From positions 78,514 through 142,513 of the forward strand of contig JBGTCK010000038.1 in assembly GCA_041748855.1 (NCBI GenBank): a DNA stretch of 64,000 nt. Reading direction: 5' to 3'. Position numbers and translations under genes: made by a program. The DNA comes from Acidimicrobiia bacterium. Its GTDB lineage: Bacteria; Actinomycetota; Acidimicrobiia; Spongiisociales; ZC4RG35. The notes under the pieces were generated by a model. The model was not told the origin of the DNA. It saw only the letters and a list, made by a program, of their open reading frames with translations, and did not search any database. Positions 54,392 through 63,564 of the stretch are shown here, in pieces; the stretch's first letter is position 1; each line of letters begins with the position of its first letter.

Positions 54392-57300
54392 GCCGTGGGA
54401 GGGTGTCGATAATGTCGAGGGTCCGGATCGAGACACTGACCACTTGGCCCACCAGATCGAAGATGTACTTCGGGTTGCTATGTTCGATCGCCCAGTCGTT
54501 GGGGTCGTTGACGATGCCGGACTTCTTGTCTTTGCGGATTCGGTTGGTCTCCAACACCCAGTCGAGGGCGGAGCGGGAACCGAGCATGTACTCGTGGACG
54601 CGTTCTGGGATGTTCGAGATCGTGATGTTTTCGTTATATGTGATCGCCGTCTTCTCATCGTTGCAGTAGCGCATTTTGGTGACGCAATAGAGGTCCTCCA
54701 GAGAGGTGTCGAGTCCCTCAGCTACCTGGACTTCGAGGTCGCCCCAAGGATCGATCTCCTCGAACTCGGTGTGGAGCCGAGCCAGTTCTCTTCCCGCCCC
54801 GGCGAAAGTCCAGAATTCGTCGGCGGACTCAACTTGAGGAATGCGCGGAAGCGTCTTCTTTAAGTCGGCAACGTATGCCTCCCGGTAGTCAGGTGAGTGG
54901 AGAATGCCGTATACGTAAAAGAAGATGTCATCCTTCGAGATGCCGGAGTCGAGAGTCCGGTAGAGGTCCAGAGCGTAATCGGTGATGTTGTGGCGACGGG
55001 ATGGTTCTTCGTGTTCCAGAAGCGACCCCTGAGGTGTATCCGCCCCCGGCAAGTCGTAGGTATACATCGGAAGCAGGGCTGTGTCTCCGGACCACAGATG
55101 CAGATCAGCGATTGTGCTTACGGCCAATGCGGAGAACGGACTCCGAGTGTCGCGAATAGATACTCCGATACTTAGCTGCCTGGTGTCGTCGTCTGGGTAG
55201 ATCCTCGGCAACTGGTATGTCCTGTTGTTGAGACTAGGCCCCGCGTTGACATGTCTTCGGTGAAATGGGCGGTAAGCCCCCACCATGAAGCTCGCGTCGT
55301 CAAGGCTATAGTTCGTCCCCTGCACTAGACGGTTGAAGTCTGCCGCATCCCAACTCAACCTGAGCGGGTCGCGATCTACGACTTCCCTCGCCTGCCTGGC
55401 GCGCGCTGCCACTGTGCCTTTCGGGTCTGGATTGGCTCGGGAAAACTTCTCGACTTGTTCGTTGTAATGCGAAATCCACTTCGCAGTATTGGCTTCGAGT
55501 CTCGGGCGACTGGAGTTCCAGTTCCAGGCATCGCGGTTGGTCTTGAGACCGTTGGTGAGCACCTCGAAGATGGCAGGTTCATGGTCAGAATGGACAATCG
55601 GGTGTTCAGTGAAGGAGTCAGACCGCTGGTTGACCCAGTCTCCGTGCTCATTAGGTTCGATTCGGTGCCACACAATCTCATCGAGGTGGATTGGGGTCTC
55701 AGTCAGTTCACTAGTGAGGATTTCAAGTTTGCGGTTGCGGGTGAGGTAGTCACCAATATCGCGGTAATAGAGCTTGGCACCCCCAGCCGGGACTTCCCCC
55801 GAGTCCTTGATCAGGAGCATGATGGCGACGGTTGCACGGCTTCCCGCCCCGAAGACTTTTCCACCCTCTTCTCGGGAGCGTTCACCGGCGGTTCGCTGAT
55901 TGCCTCGGAGGTTGTAGATGTAGATGTGGTGGAACTCCTCGGCGAGCGTGAGCCGAAGTCCGTCGGCCGTGTTGCCGTCGATGTATCCGCCGTTGGTGAC
56001 ATAGCTCACAATTCCGCCGTGTTCAGAGGCCAGGATGCGGTCCGATGCCCAGCGGATAGCTCGGATATAGGAGTCGTACAGGCTGTTCTTGAGCTTGGCC
56101 GTAGAGCGTGCGGCGTATGAGGAGGTGATCGAAGCGTCAAGGGTGGGATAGCCCCGATTGGGAGCATTGTCGTTCTGGGAGTCCTGACCAGACGAGTAGG
56201 GCGGGTTGCCGATGATGACTCGGAGATCGAGATTCCTCTGCCGCTCAGCCCGCTGGTTGTTGACGGGGAAGACATCGAGCACTCCAGTGCCTTCCCCGCT
56301 CTCCCCCAGCTCAAAGGTGTCTGTGAGAACAATGCCCGGGAAAGGATCGTAGATGGGGTCGTTCTCGTCGTCGGCTGTGAGTTGCTTGTAGGTGGTTTCG
56401 ATGTTGACCGCAGCGATGTAGTAGGCGAGGAGGAGGAATTCGTTGGCGTGGATTTCGTCGTGATATTTCCGTTCGAGGTCGGTTGGGTCGATGTAGCCGG
56501 ATTGGAGGAGACGGGCAATGAATGTGCCGGTTCCGGTGAAGGGATCGAGGATGTGAACCCCTTTTCCCGACAGCGACGTGTCGAAGTGCTCAATGAGAGC
56601 GGCCTGGGTGGCGCGGATCATGAAATCGACAACCTCGACAGGCGTGTAGACGATGCCCAAGGAATCGGCGACCTGAGGGAACGCTTTCTTAAAGAACCGC
56701 CCGTAAAGGTCCTTGACGATCGTCTGGCGGGCCTGCCCATCGGACGGCGGGATGCCTTCGACTCGACGTTGCACCGAGCGGTAGAAGTCATCGAGATGGC
56801 GAGTCTCTGTGTCCAGGTGGTGATCCTCCAGGACTTGGACCATCCGATCCATGGTTTGGGCGACGGGGTTGTTGGCCTCGAATACGTCTGACCCAAACAG
56901 CGCATCAAAGATCGGAGAGGTAATGAGGTGCTGGGACAGCATGGCGATAGCGTCCTGGTGGGTGATCCCATCGTTCAGGATCGAGCGCAGACCAGAGACA
57001 AAACGGTCGAACTCAGCGGCGACCTCCCGATCAGAGTCCAGGATGTTGGTTATGCGGTCGCGCTGACGGTTGGCGATGTCCACGACATCGTCGGCCCAGT
57101 CCTCCCAATAGGTACGGGTGCCGACCTTGGTAACAATCTTGGTGTAAATAGCCCCCACCCAGTCCTCGTGAGAGAAGAGCCGGCCTTGAAGAGCTTCGGT
57201 GTCAGGCTCACCTTCCGGCTCGTCGATTTCAGATTCGGGCGGGTTGCCATCGAGAATCTCAATCGGAGCATCCGGATCATCGCCCAAGTCCTCGGAACGG

Positions 57301-59300
57301 AGAGCAATACGGTTGATATAGGCGTTGAATCGTTCGTCGTGAGACCGGAGGGCCTGGAGAACATCCCAAACAACGTCGTAATCCGAATTGCGGTCGAGTG
57401 CGGACGATGGGTCCTGTCCAACGGGTATGGCGATGGGTAGGATGATGTAACCGATCTCCTTGCCCGGTGGCTTCCGCATCACCCGACCAACTGCCTGGAC
57501 AATGTCGATCTTTGACCGACGGGGTTTCAGGAACATGACCGCGTCCAGCGCAGGTACGTCAACACCCTCGGTCAGACACTTGGCATTGGTCAGCACGCGG
57601 CACTCGCCGGGAGGTGGTGACTCTTTGAGCCAACGTATGTCTTCCCGACGGGAGGCAATCTTGTCGGTCCCATCAACATGCCGGGTCGGCACACTGATCG
57701 GTTCGTAGTCGATGTTGGAGACAGCGTTCTCTCGATTGAATTGATCGGCAACCAAGGAGAACTGTTCTGCGAAACGAGCCGATTCGGATATCCGCGACCA
57801 GAAAGCCACGGCCCGTTGCATCGGTGGCTCAGAACCAGTGAATCCCGACTTACCGCTCCTTGAACGCAGCTTGGCTAAACCTGAAAGGCAACCGACGAAC
57901 TTGGCTACGTCCGGCAGATTTAGCTCTCCATCGGAAGACAAGAGCTGTTGGAAAGATCGGGAGATCGACTCCTCCTCAACGGTCAGGATCAGCACCCGAT
58001 AGTCGGCCAACAGCCCCTGCTCGACCGCCTCCCCGAAACCGAGACGATAAAACTCGGGGCCGAAGGTCTCAGGATCGTCCATCGAAGCGACGATCACATC
58101 GTTCTCCGCCGCATCCATCTTGGCAGCAGCCCTGTACACACGCGGGGTAGCCGTCATGTAGAGACGCTTGTGGGCGGGGACGACCGAATCATCGTGAACC
58201 TTGACAAAATGACTGGCACCATCGTTGGCATCAGACGTGCCTGCCGTACGGTGGGCCTCATCCCCGACGATCAAGTCGAACACGAGACCCGAGGCTTTCT
58301 GGAGATCAGCCACAACCTGGATTGACTGGTAGGTGGAGAAGATCACCGTCATGGTCTCGGGATCTGACTCGGCAGCACCAGCCGATCGAAGTGACTCCAT
58401 ATTGGTCGTTGGGGGTATGGGCAGGTCATAAGGAGCCGCGTTGTCCCCTTTGATCTGCTGTCCTGCTGTAGCGTCTGAGCAGACTGCGAAGGGCCTGATC
58501 GGAGTCTCACACTCAACGGTCCACCCTTTGAGAGCCTGTGAGACGAGAGCGATCGACGGGGCAAGGAACAGCACTGTTCCGCCAGCGCCCACGTGATCCT
58601 CGGCGATGCGCAGAGCCGTCAGAGTCTTGCCTGTGCCGCATGCCATGATCATTTGCCCGCGGTCGGTTTCGCCGAACCCGGCCCGCACCTTCTCGGCCGC
58701 GACCACCTGATGAGGCCGAAGTTGCTTGCGAGGTGTCTCGACAAGGTCGGTGACTCTGTCAGGATCGAACTGAGACCAATCGACCGACATCGCATCCAGG
58801 TCGTCGATACCGATTCGCACCACCGGAATCTGCTGGCGCTCCAAAGCCTTCTCAGCGTGCCTCGACCAGCGATCTGTGGTGGACACGATGATCCGCTCAG
58901 AAAACGGCTCTCGTCCCGACGCGGTGAAGAATGAGTCGATGTCCGCCTTCACCAACGTGTGTTCCGGGTGATAGAACTTGCACTGAATCGCTACAAGGCC
59001 ACCGTCAACAGTCTTCGCCACCAAGTCGATACCGGTGTCCGGTTCACCCACCCGGTCCGCCCAGTCCATCCACAGCCACACATCCGTGAACCGCTCCCGG
59101 TAGGTGCGGTCAGTCCTGAAAGCCGACAGGATCAATCGCTCGAAGCGATCCCCGAGGTCACGAGAGCTAGTCGCCCGCAGGCGAAGAGTGTCCAGAACAT
59201 CGGTAGCGGATTTAACGGGAGTCGTCGTTGTCGTCGTGTTTCCATCCACGGTGGGATCGTAACGAAGGTTCCTCCACGGCCTCGACAATCCTCCGCGCAT
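54381..59300 (-). CDS. Type ISP restriction-modification enzyme (Mrr-like nuclease, SF2 helicase-like ATPase, N6-adenine MTase, C-terminal specificity domain)
   Basis: In order: a PD-(D/E)xK-like block TGIDLVAKTVDGGLVAIQCKF; Walker A MACGTGKT; DEAH box VGDEAHR; MTATPR; motif VI QAVGRVMR; SAM motif ILDPFTGTGTF; catalytic IIGNPPYSSGQ; then about a 550-aa C-terminal region. The single-polypeptide architecture resembles LlaGI/LlaBIII. Confidence 0.85.
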   Translation of the reverse strand: MRGGLSRPWRNLRYDPTVDGNTTTTTTPVKSATDVLDTLRLRATSSRDLGDRFERLILSAFRTDRTYRERFTDVWLWMDWADRVGEPDTGIDLVAKTVDGGLVAIQCKFYHPEHTLVKADIDSFFTASGREPFSERIIVSTTDRWSRHAEKALERQQIPVVRIGIDDLDAMSVDWSQFDPDRVTDLVETPRKQLRPHQVVAAEKVRAGFGETDRGQMIMACGTGKTLTALRIAEDHVGAGGTVLFLAPSIALVSQALKGWTVECETPIRPFAVCSDATAGQQIKGDNAAPYDLPIPPTTNMESLRSAGAAESDPETMTVIFSTYQSIQVVADLQKASGLVFDLIVGDEAHRTAGTSDANDGASHFVKVHDDSVVPAHKRLYMTATPRVYRAAAKMDAAENDVIVASMDDPETFGPEFYRLGFGEAVEQGLLADYRVLILTVEEESISRSFQQLLSSDGELNLPDVAKFVGCLSGLAKLRSRSGKSGFTGSEPPMQRAVAFWSRISESARFAEQFSLVADQFNRENAVSNIDYEPISVPTRHVDGTDKIASRREDIRWLKESPPPGECRVLTNAKCLTEGVDVPALDAVMFLKPRRSKIDIVQAVGRVMRKPPGKEIGYIILPIAIPVGQDPSSALDRNSDYDVVWDVLQALRSHDERFNAYINRIALRSEDLGDDPDAPIEILDGNPPESEIDEPEGEPDTEALQGRLFSHEDWVGAIYTKIVTKVGTRTYWEDWADDVVDIANRQRDRITNILDSDREVAAEFDRFVSGLRSILNDGITHQDAIAMLSQHLITSPIFDALFGSDVFEANNPVAQTMDRMVQVLEDHHLDTETRHLDDFYRSVQRRVEGIPPSDGQARQTIVKDLYGRFFKKAFPQVADSLGIVYTPVEVVDFMIRATQAALIEHFDTSLSGKGVHILDPFTGTGTFIARLLQSGYIDPTDLERKYHDEIHANEFLLLAYYIAAVNIETTYKQLTADDENDPIYDPFPGIVLTDTFELGESGEGTGVLDVFPVNNQRAERQRNLDLRVIIGNPPYSSGQDSQNDNAPNRGYPTLDASITSSYAARSTAKLKNSLYDSYIRAIRWASDRILASEHGGIVSYVTNGGYIDGNTADGLRLTLAEEFHHIYIYNLRGNQRTAGERSREEGGKVFGAGSRATVAIMLLIKDSGEVPAGGAKLYYRDIGDYLTRNRKLEILTSELTETPIHLDEIVWHRIEPNEHGDWVNQRSDSFTEHPIVHSDHEPAIFEVLTNGLKTNRDAWNWNSSRPRLEANTAKWISHYNEQVEKFSRANPDPKGTVAARARQAREVVDRDPLRLSWDAADFNRLVQGTNYSLDDASFMVGAYRPFHRRHVNAGPSLNNRTYQLPRIYPDDDTRQLSIGVSIRDTRSPFSALAVSTIADLHLWSGDTALLPMYTYDLPGADTPQGSLLEHEEPSRRHNITDYALDLYRTLDSGISKDDIFFYVYGILHSPDYREAYVADLKKTLPRIPQVESADEFWTFAGAGRELARLHTEFEEIDPWGDLEVQVAEGLDTSLEDLYCVTKMRYCNDEKTAITYNENITISNIPERVHEYMLGSRSALDWVLETNRIRKDKKSGIVNDPNDWAIEHSNPKYIFDLVGQVVSVSIRTLDIIDTLPRLNL

Positions 59301-59523
59301 GGAGCGTCATGGCCATCCTCACTGGGCCACACCGACTACCACATCACTGGCCCCCCTCGATCAGGTGAGCATGGTGCTGACCCCAATCGACGCAGCCTGG
59401 AGCAAGAGCATGTGGTCACACACCTGGAAGGACGGAGGTAGCAGATACCAGCCATGTCATCCACCACGCTCCCCATCACGGGGTCATACTCCCTTCACCT
59501 CGACAATCAATTCAGCTTTCGTA

Positions 59524-60540
59524 TCAATGACCTCTCTCTCTTAGAGCTTCGACAATCCTCACTCGAAGTTCCTCACGGACCGGAGCCAGGGCTTCTCGAT
59601 ACCGCTCTGGAGCGTCACCGGGGAGGTATTGCAGAATGGCTTGCCTGCACAGTTCCCGACCGGCCTCAGGATCAGCGAGGAGCGCATTCGCCTCCACCTT
59701 GCGCGCTCCGTAGTTGGCCAGGTAGTCCTGGACCCACTCCTCCTTGTGCTGTGGGTGAGAGGTGCTGGCTAGGTTCTTCCCCGATCCGGTGATCAGGTTC
59801 TCGATCCACACCAGGGGATGCTCAGGGTTCTCGATGTAGGTCACATCGAGTCCGAAGCGATCAACGTAGAGACTGGTCGGCTCCCAGCCGACAGCACCAG
59901 CCAAGTCCATCATGTTCGATTTCAAGTGGTCGGAGATTCGGAGACCTCCCGGATCGAAGTCACCGAAGTAGAGGAGGACCACCTTCTTGCCCTCACGCTC
60001 TTTCTCAGCGAACCGCTCCATCATTTCGGCCCTGACGTTCAGGTCTGCCCAACCTGAGACGTTGGCAATCGGAATGTGATAGCGACTACACACCTTTGTA
60101 AATAGGCTCTTGAGGTCAGTCTTCTCCACCGCCATCTGGACGTAGGTGTCCTTGTCATCCCAGAACGAGAACGGCTTGTACGACATGTGGGCGTTTTCCA
60201 CGTAGCCGATGATGCTCTCGGCCTCGGACTCGATGTCACCATCGACCCACCCGACGTTGGACCACTCCCGCTTGGAGTCAGGCGCGGTGATGTCCATCGG
60301 GAGGGTTCCATCCTTCCGGCAGTTGTTGATCGTCCTCTCCACCAAGTTGATGTCGCCCTTGTCGATGCTCCCCAGCCCTTCCAGGTAGTAGCCCCATCCC
60401 CGAGCCGACATCGAGAAATCGGTTCTCGATGCGATTTCCCGAATGTCCCTAGCGAACTGGCGCATTGCCTCGTCATGCTCATCCTGCTTGGCAGCCGATA
60501 ACGCACCACGGCCACGACGGGGGAGGATGACCTCACTCAT
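59524..60540 (-). CDS. stand-alone Topo VI-A/Spo11-like protein (5Y-CAP-like plus Toprim; Mini-A/JetD-related)
   Basis: ARGWGYYLEG (R..YY), MAVEKTD (Toprim Glu), SGWADLNVRAEM (cf. G-Y-P-D..R) and LLYFGDFDPGGLRI (DxD), in the order seen in type IIB topoisomerase A subunits. Its ATG overlaps the upstream stop by 8 nt. Confidence 0.6.
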   Translation of the reverse strand: MSEVILPRRGRGALSAAKQDEHDEAMRQFARDIREIASRTDFSMSARGWGYYLEGLGSIDKGDINLVERTINNCRKDGTLPMDITAPDSKREWSNVGWVDGDIESEAESIIGYVENAHMSYKPFSFWDDKDTYVQMAVEKTDLKSLFTKVCSRYHIPIANVSGWADLNVRAEMMERFAEKEREGKKVVLLYFGDFDPGGLRISDHLKSNMMDLAGAVGWEPTSLYVDRFGLDVTYIENPEHPLVWIENLITGSGKNLASTSHPQHKEEWVQDYLANYGARKVEANALLADPEAGRELCRQAILQYLPGDAPERYREALAPVREELRVRIVEALRERGH

Positions 60541-60817
60541 CGAGATCACCCACCTCCAGGTACTCATCAATCTGATCGAGGTCGAATCCGTACCAGGCTT
60601 CTCCCAAGATCACCGCGTCGCTGTTGTAGGGATCGACCAGCCGATAGGTGCCGTAGCCGAGAGCTTTGGGGTCGCGCCGTCTCGACTTCTGTAGCTGGAG
60701 ACCCTGACGGTCGGCCATCCTTCGGACCCGATTCTCGTAGACCTCTAATTCGGCCTCCGACATCTCATTGACATCCAGCCTCTCATCTGTGGCTCCCGCC
60801 ACTTCGACCTCCCTCAT
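60533..60817 (-). CDS. small hypothetical protein (acidic ends, basic core)
   Basis: 94 aa, with core RRMADRQGLQLQKSRRRDPKALGYGTYRLVD...GFDLDQIDEYL. It is translationally coupled to the Toprim-like gene. The family is of unknown function. Confidence 0.5.
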   Translation of the reverse strand: MREVEVAGATDERLDVNEMSEAELEVYENRVRRMADRQGLQLQKSRRRDPKALGYGTYRLVDPYNSDAVILGEAWYGFDLDQIDEYLEVGDLDE

Positions 60818-61190
60818 CGAATACTCCTGTTCTGATAGTTCTCATTGCCATGAGACACGTGTACAGGAAGTGAGGCTGGTTGTCACTCGAAGAATTCTTA
60901 TAAACCCCAGGTCAGAGCCAGAAAAAAAATCCTCTCATTCCCCCCCGACTGCTCAGAACATGGGGTCGATCGTGAAGCCCGCCCTGGGTCTAATTACCTC
61001 GCGGTTCCGCGGGAGTTTCGATGATCGAAGGGCAAGGGCCGTGCGAAAAGGTCCTTATCGGAATGTCCGTGGGCGGAGAGTAAGGGTCTTCTTCAGGTCA
61101 CTCAAGCTGTGAAGCTTCTCCCGGAGAACCTCCTTGGCGTATCAATATCTTCAGTTACTGTTACACCCCAGGTAGAGAGGTAGGGGTTGA

Positions 61191-61877
61191 TTGAAGCTTG
61201 TCGGCTATTTGAGGGTTTCGACTGCGAGTCAGGTCGATGATGGCCAAGGACTGGAGATCCAAGAGGAGACGATTCGCGGGTGGGCCAGGAGACATAACCA
61301 CCGAATTGTCCGCTGGTATCGAGACGAGGGTGTATCCGGATCCTCGGAAAGCCGCGAGGGGCTGGAGGATGCCCTCATGGCTATCAAGTTCAATGGTGCT
61401 GATGGTATCGCCGTAGCTTCCCTCGATCGGTTAGCGCGCTCCCTTACGGTTCAAGAAGCCGCTCTTCAGCAAGTCTGGACATCTGAAGGGCGTGTTTTCA
61501 GCGTTGACACTGGTGAGGTGGTGCGTGATGATCCCGATGATCCAGTTCGCACATTCGTCAGACATATTCTCGGCGCAGTCTCACAACTGGAAGCTGCAAT
61601 GATCGCCCGTCGGCTAAGACGGGGTCGGACACATAAGGCAGCATCAGGTGGCTACGCGCACGGTGCGCCTCCATTCGGCTACCGGGCTGAGGGTGGACGG
61701 CTGAATACCTTCCCGACCGAGCAAAACGTGATTCAGCTAATGATGGAAATGCGAGAGGCAGGTTTGAGTTTCAGGCGTATCGCCGAGCAGCTGAATAGTG
61801 ACGGCTTCGTTGCTAAACGTGGTGGTCGATGGCATCCCCAATCCGTAGCCAGAGTCATCGCAAGGGACGCGGAGTGA
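61191..61877 (+). CDS. small serine recombinase (resolvase/invertase family)
   Basis: MKLVGYLRVSTASQ (catalytic Ser), WYRDEGVSGS, SLDRLARS and a C-terminal HTH GLSFRRIAEQLN. TTG start. Confidence 0.9.
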   Translation: MKLVGYLRVSTASQVDDGQGLEIQEETIRGWARRHNHRIVRWYRDEGVSGSSESREGLEDALMAIKFNGADGIAVASLDRLARSLTVQEAALQQVWTSEGRVFSVDTGEVVRDDPDDPVRTFVRHILGAVSQLEAAMIARRLRRGRTHKAASGGYAHGAPPFGYRAEGGRLNTFPTEQNVIQLMMEMREAGLSFRRIAEQLNSDGFVAKRGGRWHPQSVARVIARDAE

Positions 61878-62031
61878 ATCTCGCCCAACCTCCGCGACAA
61901 CGGTCACATCTGTCCCACCGAGTCGGCGTAAGCCTTGGGGCAAGACTGTCGTCCAACGGATGACGCTCTGGCGCAGCGATGTCCAGCAACACGACATTGC
62001 AGATCGAGTTCGGTGCGCCCTCCTGGCAACC

Positions 62032-62074
62032 AGGTTTGAGCCTTGATTTGATTCATTTTTTAATCTTCGAACCC
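62032..62074. repeat. right imperfect direct repeat (putative attR) of the 12-kb island
   Basis: caggtttgagccttgatttgattcattttttaatcttcgaacc is the partner of 49882-49922. It overlaps the hairpin cctggcaaccagg. Confidence 0.6.
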
Positions 62075-62427
62075 GTGCCCGGGCGATGTGTGCCGATCAG
62101 TTGCGATCTCGGATGTGGGCGAAATCGCTAAGAACTGGTGATATGGAACGCCCCCTTGGGGGGCGATTACCCCATATAGAAGACCTCACGGTCCTGTCGC
62201 GATGCTAGATCCGAACAGTTGTTCGGGCTACTCTCGGTCCGGTGAACTGTCCGTTCGAAAAAGCGATCGTTCACCTCTGCTCTCAGAGCACGATTGCATA
62301 CCGGGGCTATCGCGGTTGACCGCTATCGATTGGGCCGATCGTCGCAGGTGATTCCCTGGTCGCTTGGCCCGGACCTAAGTTTCGAAAACAACTCTGGCGA
62401 CCGCTCTTAGCCCGTCAAGCAATCTGG

Positions 62428-62898
62428 TCAGCCGAGGCTTAGCTCGATGTGCCAGCCGTCAGCCTCAAGGTCGGCGTGCGTGAACGTCGGTGCTTCACGG
62501 CCAGCTACCTCCACTGTATAGAAGGGAGCTTCACCGATCAGGTCCACTTCGAAGATGAAGCGGCACGTCGTATCGGACCACTCACCATCAGGTGGGATGT
62601 GGTACTCGCCGCGGCCCAAGTCGCCCACGCCAAGAGTGTTCCCATCTCCATCCAGTGCTACGACATTGGCACCTTCTGTAAGGTCCTCATAACCTCCCTG
62701 GCCCCAACATAAGGTTTCCCGATCACCGTCAAAACCTCCGATCGGAAGATCGACGGTGCCAGTCAGCCCGATCGTCGTGGCCGTGGTAGTTGTCGGCTTA
62801 GGTGATGCCGTCGTTGTGGCAGCGACCTCGCCACCACAAGCTGTCAAAGCGATGAGGAGCATGGCCAGTGATCCTGCAGTGGTATTTCTAACCTTCAC
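62428..62898 (-). CDS. hypothetical lipoprotein
   Basis: Lipobox LIALTACGG, a T-rich linker and a beta-rich body. Confidence 0.6.
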   Translation of the reverse strand: MKVRNTTAGSLAMLLIALTACGGEVAATTTASPKPTTTTATTIGLTGTVDLPIGGFDGDRETLCWGQGGYEDLTEGANVVALDGDGNTLGVGDLGRGEYHIPPDGEWSDTTCRFIFEVDLIGEAPFYTVEVAGREAPTFTHADLEADGWHIELSLG

Positions 62899-63138
62899 AA
62901 CAACAGACTAGGACGAGGGCGGATGGCGAGTGACCTGATCTGTTGAATGAGCCATTGGCCAAGCCGAGGTTGTCGGGGGTAAGTGCCGCTCGTGCAGACC
63001 GATCGGTGTCGTCGCCACGGTCCCCACTCAACGGCGAGACCTCGGTGGCTCTGTAAGGAATCTCAACCGGATTCGGGGCGTACCTGCCGGCATTTGAAGC
63101 AGCTACCGACGAAAATCGCCCGTTTCCGTGGATACGCA

Positions 63139-63564
63139 ATGCTTATCATCGCAGTGATGGAGATGACGTACCAATGGCGAGGAAGCTTCTCGAACGGGGA
63201 GGTCAACAGGCTCCACGCTGACGCATTCGAGCATCGGGTCTACGACCCGGCGGACTGGAACTGGGAGCAGCTCGTCCACGATCACAGCCTAGGTTGGGTC
63301 GTGGCCCGTGAGGGAGACGAGCTAGTGGGATTCGTCAACGTCCTCTGGGACGGCCTCGTCCACGCCTGGATCCAAGACACCATGGTGGCCGAGCGTGCCC
63401 GACACTCCGGCATCGGAACCAGACTGATCGAAGATGCCAGGGACCATGCGAAAGCAGCTGGCTGCGAGTGGCTCCACGTCGATTTCGACGATCACCTGAA
63501 GAAGTTCTACATCGACGCGTGCGGTTTCAAACCCGTAAGCGCAGGTCTGATCGATCTGGCGTAA
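63139..63564 (+). CDS. GNAT-family N-acetyltransferase
   Basis: VAERARHSGIGTRLIEDARDHAKAAG acetyl-CoA motif. Start at ATG 63139 or 63157; the upstream part of the tracked ORF was discarded. Confidence 0.75.
   Translation: MLIIAVMEMTYQWRGSFSNGEVNRLHADAFEHRVYDPADWNWEQLVHDHSLGWVVAREGDELVGFVNVLWDGLVHAWIQDTMVAERARHSGIGTRLIEDARDHAKAAGCEWLHVDFDDHLKKFYIDACGFKPVSAGLIDLA

Larger units (their letters stand above)
49882..62074. mobile_element. putative integrated or excisable genomic (defence) island, about 12.2 kb
   Basis: Bounded by the direct repeats. It contains a serine recombinase at the right edge, an Xis-like HTH, a TA-like pair and a Type ISP R-M gene. It is visibly more A/T-rich than the core region and lies next to tRNA-derived sequence. 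Confidence 0.55.

Noticed and set aside
62140-62175. Hairpin cgccccc-ttgg-ggggcg just outside the right island repeat, possibly a terminator or recombination accessory site.
   Set aside because: It is a single short GC hairpin with no flanking gene end or partner site. It is noted only as context for the island boundary.
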